In this document: in pieces, positions 1 through 6,802 of the stretch | Layout of the letters: each line of letters begins with the position of its first letter | Position numbering within the stretch: position 1 is the stretch's first letter | DNA from: Candidatus Altiarchaeota archaeon | GTDB lineage: Archaea; Altiarchaeota; Altiarchaeia; IMC4; SCGC-AAA252-I15 | Direction: 5' to 3' | Length of the DNA: 10,723 nt | NCBI GenBank assembly: GCA_043804895.1 | Contig: JAZDIN010000038.1 | Location: forward strand, 1-10,723 | Made by a program: the position numbers and the translations under genes | Notes under the pieces: generated by a model | What the model was told of the DNA's origin: nothing | The model's input: only the letters and a program-made list of their open reading frames with translations | The model's database searches: none

Positions 1-292
1 CCTGGAAGGATGCACAGTACTAGTTGAAGGCAGAAAGGACGAGGAAGCCCTAATCCGACTAGGCGTAGAACCAGAAAACATAGTCGTCCTACACAAAGGC
101 CAGACAATCCTCGACACAATCGAAGCACTCCAAGGCCGAGAAGTAGCAATACTAACCGACATGGACCAGGAAGGCAAAATAATGCGACACAGACTCCTCA
201 AACAATTCAGCATGTACGGCATAACCGAGAACAAAAGACCCCGCGAACTATTCGCAAAACTAAGACTAAGCCACGTCGAAGGACTTAAATAG
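1..292 (+). CDS. TOPRIM domain protein (small primase-like / RNase M5-like), 5'-truncated by the window edge
   Basis: Not in the ORF track; translated manually. Frame 2 is open from the window start to TAG at 290-292: LEGCTVLVEGRKDEEALIRLG...EVAILTDMDQEGKIMRHRL...LSHVEGLK*. It contains the TOPRIM VEGxxD and DxD (TDMDQEG) motifs. Confidence 0.88.
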   Translation, partial: LEGCTVLVEGRKDEEALIRLGVEPENIVVLHKGQTILDTIEALQGREVAILTDMDQEGKIMRHRLLKQFSMYGITENKRPRELFAKLRLSHVEGLK

Positions 293-323
293 CTATTGTT
301 AATTGTAATAACGGTGTTTTGAT

Positions 324-554
324 ATGAAAGTCAAATATGACAGTGAGGTGGATGCGGCGTACGTCTACTTCAATGGCAAGATAAGTCCCGGCGAGGTGAA
401 ACAGACAATCACCCTAAACAACAGCCTAATCGTGGACCTTGACCGCAAAGGCAAGCTACTCGGCCTTGAGATCCTTGACGCCAGCCGGAACCTCACCAAA
501 CAAGCCCTCGGCGAATTCTCCCACTCTAAGAAACCGCACGTAACGACCGTATGA
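324..554 (+). CDS. DUF2283 domain-containing protein
   Basis: 76 aa: MKVKYDSEVDAAYVYF...LIVDLDRKGKLLGLEILDAS matches the DUF2283 pattern YDxxxDxxYI...xDxDxxGxxxGxEIxxAS. An SD-like GGTG lies at 313-316. Confidence 0.9.
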   Translation: MKVKYDSEVDAAYVYFNGKISPGEVKQTITLNNSLIVDLDRKGKLLGLEILDASRNLTKQALGEFSHSKKPHVTTV

Positions 555-570
555 CTGACTCAACCATGCT

Positions 571-583
571 GAAGGCTTTAATT
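571..583 (+). promoter_or_regulatory. Putative archaeal BRE/TATA promoter for the 606 gene
   Basis: Purine-rich GAAGG followed by TTTAATT (577-583), ending 22 nt before ATG 606. This spacing is typical of leaderless archaeal transcripts. Confidence 0.45.
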
Positions 584-605
584 CTCATCCTTCCCGATAT
601 ATGTC

Positions 606-1613
606 ATGGGAGTCGTTGCTCGTAAGCCGCCTTTTGAGGAGGACCCAGAGTTAGCCAAGAGGCTTGGCGAGCTTTACCCTGCTGCCATAAGCAGGTCCCC
701 TAAGAACATCCAGGTCGCTGAGAGGGACTTCGTGAAAATCGCCTTAAAGGACCCTACTGTCAACAAAGCCTTAAGTACACTGGGAGAAATTACTCCCGAG
801 AGATTCTTGCGCGATTACTTCGGAAGACGACATATGGACGAACTCACCTCTGGGGTTAGTGATTTCAAAGAGCTACCCCCCCTTCATACTGCCACCATGC
901 CTTTAGTTGAAGGTGACGAGGATTTGGTGACAAAGCACCCATATGTAGTGTCTGTGTCCACTCAAAAATTCTCGGAGTTGCCAATCAAAAATGGCTTTGA
1001 GCTAACAGATTATGGGAATGAAGTTTTTGATGTGGTTGCTGCTACATTAAGTAGACGGGTCAATCAGCCACTGAAGGTGTTATTCATCGGCCCCGGCCGT
1101 GGCATTGAGGTCTACGATCTTATCCGTCGCTTCGGCGACCGGATTGACGTCAGTATACTGGCCAAGGAAAATCTGCTAGCGAATCCGAGATACCTTTATA
1201 TGCGTTCAGGAAATCTATTTCCCCTCTCCTCACCCCAGGAGGCTAAGGTCTATGTCGAGAAGATGAAGGATGCACAGAAAATCGGGAATCTTGAGGATAT
1301 GAGTTTGTTCAGGGATGGGGAGTTTGACCTCGTCGTCTTCGGGTTAGGCACAATCTTCCATGGTTCGAACCTCAACCCGGCTTTGAATGAGGCTAAGAGG
1401 GTCCTTGTTCATGGCGGGACTGCAGTAATGCCTTTGAAGGATGTTAGAAACGCTTTCGATAATAAGCAGTCAGACGCTGACTCACCCAGCATTCATGGGA
1501 CTATCGACCCGGTAAGTCGCCTGTGTGAAAACAATGACTGTTGTTCACACACAACCTTCTCGTTCATGTTGACCAACAAGAATCCTGGTGAAAGAATCAA
1601 TACTCCCCTCTAA
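606..1613 (+). CDS. Class I SAM-dependent methyltransferase-like protein with a long N-terminal extension
   Basis: Gly-rich motif I-like LKVLFIGPGRG, then GNLEDMSLFRDGEFDLVV and LNPALNEAKRVLVHGGTAV, matching the Methyltransf_11-type FxDxxFDxV and AxxExxRVLKPGG motifs. The 3' end overlaps the convergent gatE by 17 bp. Confidence 0.7.
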   Translation: MGVVARKPPFEEDPELAKRLGELYPAAISRSPKNIQVAERDFVKIALKDPTVNKALSTLGEITPERFLRDYFGRRHMDELTSGVSDFKELPPLHTATMPLVEGDEDLVTKHPYVVSVSTQKFSELPIKNGFELTDYGNEVFDVVAATLSRRVNQPLKVLFIGPGRGIEVYDLIRRFGDRIDVSILAKENLLANPRYLYMRSGNLFPLSSPQEAKVYVEKMKDAQKIGNLEDMSLFRDGEFDLVVFGLGTIFHGSNLNPALNEAKRVLVHGGTAVMPLKDVRNAFDNKQSDADSPSIHGTIDPVSRLCENNDCCSHTTFSFMLTNKNPGERINTPL

Positions 1614-3435
1614 TCATCTCTCCAACAGCTTGTGCATCAGCTCTTCCTTTAACTTGCGCCATGATTTTGCCTGTGAGTTGGCCTTTGTTTAGTCCTGGGT
1701 TTTCTGTTTTTACTTTTTTGATTATCTTCTCCAGTTCGGCCTCGGATAGTATTGTCATGTCGTTCTCCTGAGCTGTCTTCTCGACCGGCTGCAATGGTTT
1801 CTCGCAGACTTTTGCGATAAGGTCTACGACTGCATTCTTGGATATCCGGCCGTCCGCGATAAGCTTTAAGATTTGCCTGTAGTGGTCTTCGCCAATCTTC
1901 GACACGTCAGCCGCGTATCTTTTTGCTGCCTCCTTCGGCGCCGACGTTATTGTCGTCGCTATGGCTGTCGGTGGCACGTTCGTGAACTCATCAACAAACG
2001 ATTCGAATAGCCCAGCTTCCCCTGATTTTGATAGTTGCGATGCAAGCTCCGCGCCTAATCCCAATTCAACGTACCTCTTCGCCTTATCCTCCCTCAGCTC
2101 TGGCAGATGTGAAGAGATGTCGGCGAGCATGTCACTGCCGACTGGAATCAGAAGCTCATCAGTCTCTGGGTACATCCTGTTGCTTCCTGGAAGCGGCCTC
2201 ATGAACTCCGTGGAGCCGTCTTCGTTTGCCTTCCTCGTCTCCACAGGGACTCCATCCAATGCAATCTTGCACCTTCCGAGCACTGCGTTCAAGGCCTTCT
2301 CAGCCTGCTCCTCTGGTGCTGCGACCAGGACGTATGAGTCGTATCCTGAGACGTCTAGTGCTTTGATGACTGAATCAACCTCTGTTGGGCTTATCCCGTA
2401 TGCGGGCAGCTCATCTCCGTGGAACACGCCTTTGACTCCCGCCATGGCGCGTGCATACTGGGCAACCTGCGGCCCGAACTTACCCTTAAGGAGGCTCTTG
2501 AGGCCTTTTAGTGGGACCCCCAATACGACTCCCTTATTTTCCAATGCTTTGCGCATCACAGTCGAATGTGTTCCTGTGAAAAGAGTGGAAACGTCAGTAG
2601 GCCTGGCATCATACTCTCCTTTCTTTACGCCGCGGCTCATCAGCTCCTTCCTCACTTCAATCAGCATCACCTGCCTCTCAACTTCTCCTTCGACAAGTTT
2701 TGCTATGAGTCTCAGGTCTTGGACGCCCTTCACCTCAACACGCGTCCCATCCCTTATGGACACGTTCAAGTCCTGCCTTATCGTACCAAGGCCTCTCTTC
2801 ACCTTGCTTGCACGGAGTATGGACCCGATTTTCTCGGCCACTTCCCTCGCATGTTGCGGATTTTTTATCTCAGGGTTGGTGGCTATCTCAATCAAAGGTA
2901 TCCCCAGCCTGTCAAGACGGTAGCGTACTGTCCCCCCCTCCTCGCTTATTATCCTCGCAGCATCCTCTTCAAGGCAGATGGTCGGTATACGCACAGGGCC
3001 CTCCGATGTCTCGACTACTCCATCTTCGGCTACGAGCATCGTCCTTTGGAATCCGCTAGTGTTGCTCCCGTCAATGACCGTCTTCCTCATCACATGGACT
3101 TCGTCGACAGGCCTGGCCTTCAGAAGCAAGGCAACCTCTAAAACAGTCCTGAGGGCCTCTCCATTGATGTTGTGGGGTGGCTCCTCATCCAATTCGACAA
3201 GGCAGTTAGTATCAAAATAGGCCTCATATACGAGTGTCCTGTCCCTTAGGAACTCGTGTAAGGCAGCCGGGTCAACGTTCCCGAGCTCCCCTGCGACGGC
3301 CCTCATCCTCCTCTCAACCTGTATGTCCGGCTTCTCATCGCGGGTGATTGAGGGGCAGGAGCAGAACAGCTTATGCGTGTCAAGCTGCTGGTGAATCTCT
3401 ATCCCGCATTTGAATCCTAGCTTCTGGTAGTCCAT
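1597..3435 (-). CDS. gatE: Glutamyl-tRNA(Gln) amidotransferase subunit E
   Basis: 612 aa starting MDYQKLGFKCGIEIHQQLDTHKLFCSCP. Contains CLVELDEEPPH, MRKTVIDGSNTSGFQRT, CLEEDAAR, LDRLGIPLIEIAT, RGLGTIRQDLNVSI, EVKGVQ, an insert domain with HGDELPAYGI, RPLPGSNRMYPETD and a C-terminal helical tail. Confidence 0.98.
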   Translation of the reverse strand: MDYQKLGFKCGIEIHQQLDTHKLFCSCPSITRDEKPDIQVERRMRAVAGELGNVDPAALHEFLRDRTLVYEAYFDTNCLVELDEEPPHNINGEALRTVLEVALLLKARPVDEVHVMRKTVIDGSNTSGFQRTMLVAEDGVVETSEGPVRIPTICLEEDAARIISEEGGTVRYRLDRLGIPLIEIATNPEIKNPQHAREVAEKIGSILRASKVKRGLGTIRQDLNVSIRDGTRVEVKGVQDLRLIAKLVEGEVERQVMLIEVRKELMSRGVKKGEYDARPTDVSTLFTGTHSTVMRKALENKGVVLGVPLKGLKSLLKGKFGPQVAQYARAMAGVKGVFHGDELPAYGISPTEVDSVIKALDVSGYDSYVLVAAPEEQAEKALNAVLGRCKIALDGVPVETRKANEDGSTEFMRPLPGSNRMYPETDELLIPVGSDMLADISSHLPELREDKAKRYVELGLGAELASQLSKSGEAGLFESFVDEFTNVPPTAIATTITSAPKEAAKRYAADVSKIGEDHYRQILKLIADGRISKNAVVDLIAKVCEKPLQPVEKTAQENDMTILSEAELEKIIKKVKTENPGLNKGQLTGKIMAQVKGRADAQAVGEMIRGEY

Positions 3436-3535
3436 AAGCGATGAAACCGCCCTCCTTTATGGGGCGGTAAATATGTGTATCTATTATACGGTTTCAAGCT
3501 TATCAAACCGGCGACTTTAGTCGCCGGTATTGATA
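3436..3535. mobile_element. Putative miniature palindrome-pair element (non-autonomous IS200/IS605-like or REP-like); alternatively a structured gatE leader
   Basis: Two related hairpins in the same orientation: ACCGCCC(3446-3452)/GGGCGGT(3462-3468) and TATCAA-ACCGGCGAC(3501-3515)-TTTA-GTCGCCGGT-A-TTGATA(3520-3535). Both follow the pattern AT(G/C)AAACCG...CTTTA...CGGTA. No transposase is present in the window. Confidence 0.5.
3501..3535. repeat. Near-perfect inverted repeat (15-bp stem, 1-nt bulge, TTTA loop)
   Basis: tatcaa-accggcgac-ttta-gtcgccggt-a-ttgata read directly from the sequence. Confidence 0.95.
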
Positions 3536-3767
3536 CTCCCTACAATATGGTATTAAAGTATTTTATAATGAATCCACAAGGCCATTGGCAGGCTTGAAGG
3601 ACATCAGAGTCCAGGACAGCAAAGAACCGCTCCAACAGCTACTGTACGACACACCAACAGGCAACGGGTAAAACACCCCCCTACAACTGGAAGGCGCCGA
3701 AGACAAGGTAAGGGCTGAGTTTTAACCTGTTTTGGCCTAATTTATTACAGTATTGCCTATATGTATA

Positions 3768-6700
3768 ATGTTCAAAATGCCCCTGGTTTTTCGCGATTAT
3801 TCTGCCGACGGAGGCGGAGAGGAGATATACGATGTCGGCCCAATAGAAGCCACCACCCCTCTACAGAGATTCTTCAATAAAATCGGTTTGAAGGTTCCTG
3901 TAGTATGGCTGCCTAAATTCGGCAAGGTGGACATGTCTAAGTGGGCAGTCATAGCATGCGACCAGAAGACAGCCGACGAAAAGTATTGGGAAGACGTTGA
4001 TACTCTCGTAGGCGACTCCCCCTCCACCCTCAGGACGATACTCCCTGAAATACACTTAGGGAAGAAAGACAAACTACATAGGGTGCGTAAAATACATTCC
4101 GCAATGCGCGATTACCTGAGAAGTGGCATATTGACTCCGCAGAAGCCGGGGTTCGTTCTCGTCGACAGGGAGACATCCACCGGACACAGGCATGGTCTGG
4201 TTGTCGCATTAGATTTGGAGCAATACGACTACAGTCCTGACTCCACAAGCCTTATTCGGCCAACTGAGGGCACAATACCTGAGAGGATTCCACCGCGAAA
4301 GGAGATACGGGAAGGCGCACCCATGGAAGTTCCGCACATCATGGTGTTGATTGACGACCCTGAGGACACGGTCATAGGACCACTGTCTAAAAAGGCCTCT
4401 GATTTTAATCAACTCTACGACTTTGACCTGATGCTCGGCGGAGGCCACATCAACGGCCGCCTCATAGACGACCCTAAGGTGATATCTGAAATAGCGAAGG
4501 CGCTGGGGGCTCTCGCAGACCCTCAGGTGTGCATGGAAAAATATGGGGCTCCCAGGGAGAAGTGTAATGCGCTGTATTTCGTCGGCGACGGGAATCACTC
4601 CCTCGCGACAGCGAAGGCTATCTGGGAGGAGAAGAAAAGACTGGCCGGCGGCTTGGATGCCGTGAAGGATGACCCGGCGCGCTACGCCCTTGTCGAATTG
4701 GTGAACATTCACGACTCGTCTCTGAAGTTCGAGCCGATACACCGGGTCCTCTACAACGTTGGTTTCCAGAACATGCTGCAGGAGATGGAGTCCTTCTATG
4801 AGAAACAGGGTTCAAAATTCTCATATCACCCCTTCGAGATTAACACAGAATACGAGAAATACCTTAAAGAGAAATCAGAGGACGGCAGCCACATCATCTC
4901 TACAACATCAAGCCAGGGATTCGGGGTGATAGTCGTCGAAAAACCCAAATCCAACCTCACAGTCGACACGTTACAGTCTTTCCTAGACTACTACCTCAAA
5001 CATTATAACGGCCCTAGTCTGGATTACGTGCATGAGCCTGATATCGTCGCCGTTCACGGCGCTGACCCGGAAAAAAGCAACGTAAGCTTCTTCCTACCTC
5101 CACTCAACAAAAATGAACTTGTTAGATACATAATAGAGCACGGCCCCCTGCCGAGGAAGACGTTCTCTATGGGCGAGGCAGAAGATAAGAGATACTATCT
5201 GGAAGGTAGGGTCATATCCCCTGAAGACGTGAATCCGGAGGCTAAAACAAAATCTAAACCGCCGGCGTTCACAAACTACCGTGTCTCAAAGGTTAAATTG
5301 GTTTCATCCCATGTGGAATTCACATCAGATTCGGCTGAAAAATATGTGCTGGAAAGAGGCATACTTACTCCTCTAGAGGGTTCTCCTGGCTTTTACGCCG
5401 GCCTTCCTTTAAGTGGCGCTCCATCAATCATCTTCCCATCTGGTATTCCTAAGGGGCTTTTGCAGCTTACTGGCCATGATACCTCAAATGATGACGACTC
5501 TAGAATACATGAGCGCTCAATGTATTACAATGGTATAGTCCTCAAGGGAGGCGGTAAAAGGACAAATGATGGCGATAAAAATTATGGCAAGGACAAATGT
5601 AAAGTTCACATACCATTTACATACTTCGAGGACCGTCTGGGGACCCGTATGTACTGGGGTTTTCTGACAGAGAGGGAGGTACAACAGAATATCGCAGCTG
5701 CAGAAAGAATAACGTCCGAATATAAGACTGCCTCTGATGAGGGCGACCCAGTATTCACAAAACTTAAAAGTGAGCTTGGCATAGACGACCCCCGCATTAT
5801 GTGGCCCCTCTTCACAGCGACACCCCATGCATGGCCGGTATATTTTAACTTTGCGGAAGGTATGGACCGGATTGACTCGATTCCCGATGAAATAAAGGGT
5901 AACCTGTCTGAGCAGGATTTGGAGTTGATATCCAAGATACCTAGCAACAAGTTCATAATACCGGTGGATACTGACAAGGTAATCAGGATGAGTGGAATAC
6001 CTCCGGATGCCGGGGAGCCGGTTGTCCTGGGCTACTCAGTTACACAGAACCTCAGGCTTAATGAAATGGGATCAATCTTCTACTCACATTATTGGAACCA
6101 GAAGGATACCTCCAACTGGTTTAAGGCTTTCGAGGATGCGGGCTACCGGCTTGAACTGGCTGAAGGCAAAACCAAACCAGAAAGCATCGGCGACCTTAAA
6201 GTCTCCTCCATTGAAACAGGACAGGATGTCTCATACGAGGAGGCGCGTGACCAGGTGTTGGAGCGCTTCGCAGGTTTCCTTGCGCTCCGTTACCATCTGA
6301 TAACCAACAGGCTGGGTGGGACTCAGACTGGCTATCTAAGATGGGGTACGGTCAATTTATCTCCCGGACAACCTATGCACACCAGCGTCCTGATGGAACA
6401 TAATGCTATAGTCACGGGTGATGCTGTTGACCTGTCCGATGTTGGATTCCCTCCTCTATTTGAAAAAGGCGAAAAAAGAGCGGAATTAGGGTCTGGAAGA
6501 CATGCAACCCCAGAGGCATACCAAAAATACGACCGAGAGAAAAGCATGGGATTGATAAAAATGGCGGCTCGCCTCATGATGACTCCTGAGGAGCTCGGGA
6601 GACAGCGCACGGAAGTGGATACCCCCTACCAAAATTTACATAACTTCGAAGAGGAAGCCATTGAAATGTACCCTGACAAACTTAAGGTCATCACATCAGA

Positions 6701-6770
6701 AAAAGCCATAGACCTCTTCAATCAAGCAGTAAATTTAGGCCGCGAATACATGGCTAGCAGACAGTCATGA
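3768..6770 (+). CDS. Fusion protein: DUF1015 domain plus a C-terminal ~500-aa putative SelO/protein-kinase-like domain
   Basis: Numbering from 3753, residues ~44-489 (nt ~3882-5219) carry DUF1015 motifs: KWAVIACDQ, IRPTEGTIPERIPPR, PHIMVLIDD, LYDFDLMLGGGH, GDGNHSLATAK, ELVNIHD, FEPIHR, LPRKTFSMGEAEDKRYYLEGR. The frame then runs on without a stop through IVLKGGG and HNAIVTGDAVDL. The ORF track start at 3753 is TTG; ATG 3768 or 3777 is more likely, with TTTATTA at 3741-3747 upstream. Confidence 0.85.
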   Translation: MFKMPLVFRDYSADGGGEEIYDVGPIEATTPLQRFFNKIGLKVPVVWLPKFGKVDMSKWAVIACDQKTADEKYWEDVDTLVGDSPSTLRTILPEIHLGKKDKLHRVRKIHSAMRDYLRSGILTPQKPGFVLVDRETSTGHRHGLVVALDLEQYDYSPDSTSLIRPTEGTIPERIPPRKEIREGAPMEVPHIMVLIDDPEDTVIGPLSKKASDFNQLYDFDLMLGGGHINGRLIDDPKVISEIAKALGALADPQVCMEKYGAPREKCNALYFVGDGNHSLATAKAIWEEKKRLAGGLDAVKDDPARYALVELVNIHDSSLKFEPIHRVLYNVGFQNMLQEMESFYEKQGSKFSYHPFEINTEYEKYLKEKSEDGSHIISTTSSQGFGVIVVEKPKSNLTVDTLQSFLDYYLKHYNGPSLDYVHEPDIVAVHGADPEKSNVSFFLPPLNKNELVRYIIEHGPLPRKTFSMGEAEDKRYYLEGRVISPEDVNPEAKTKSKPPAFTNYRVSKVKLVSSHVEFTSDSAEKYVLERGILTPLEGSPGFYAGLPLSGAPSIIFPSGIPKGLLQLTGHDTSNDDDSRIHERSMYYNGIVLKGGGKRTNDGDKNYGKDKCKVHIPFTYFEDRLGTRMYWGFLTEREVQQNIAAAERITSEYKTASDEGDPVFTKLKSELGIDDPRIMWPLFTATPHAWPVYFNFAEGMDRIDSIPDEIKGNLSEQDLELISKIPSNKFIIPVDTDKVIRMSGIPPDAGEPVVLGYSVTQNLRLNEMGSIFYSHYWNQKDTSNWFKAFEDAGYRLELAEGKTKPESIGDLKVSSIETGQDVSYEEARDQVLERFAGFLALRYHLITNRLGGTQTGYLRWGTVNLSPGQPMHTSVLMEHNAIVTGDAVDLSDVGFPPLFEKGEKRAELGSGRHATPEAYQKYDREKSMGLIKMAARLMMTPEELGRQRTEVDTPYQNLHNFEEEAIEMYPDKLKVITSEKAIDLFNQAVNLGREYMASRQS

Positions 6771-6795
6771 TATCAGTCTAGTCGCCGGTCAGATA
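6771..6795. repeat. Degenerate partial copy of the 3501-3535 hairpin
   Basis: TAGTCGCCGGT at 6779-6789 is identical to 3518-3528. It is flanked by TATCA (6771-6775) and GATA (6792-6795), as in the intact copy. Confidence 0.5.
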
Positions 6796-6802
6796 ATATA
6801 GT

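Noticed and set aside
1961-3220. Plus-strand ORFs 1961-2923, 2566-3141, 2808-3059 and 2978-3220
   Set aside because: Antisense shadows of gatE, mostly Ser/Thr/Pro-rich and with no recognisable motifs.
3440-3535. The two hairpins as a CRISPR mini-array or tRNA
   Set aside because: Only two units with different stem sequences, no cas genes, and no cloverleaf or T-loop consensus.
3501-3535. Hairpin as an intrinsic terminator
   Set aside because: It lies between divergent gene starts rather than after a stop codon, and has no real U-tract on either strand.
3547-3597. 16-codon ORF MVLKYFIMNPQGHWQA
   Set aside because: Too short, overlaps AT-rich promoter-like sequence, and lies on the strand opposite gatE, so it cannot be a gatE leader peptide.
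3753-3767. TTG start at 3753 given by the ORF track
   Set aside because: In-frame ATGs at 3768 and 3777 fit better with the TATA-like TTTATTA at 3741-3747.
3797-6610. Short minus-strand and alternative-frame ORFs inside the 1005-aa gene
   Set aside because: Fully overlapped by a long motif-bearing CDS, with no independent coding signal.
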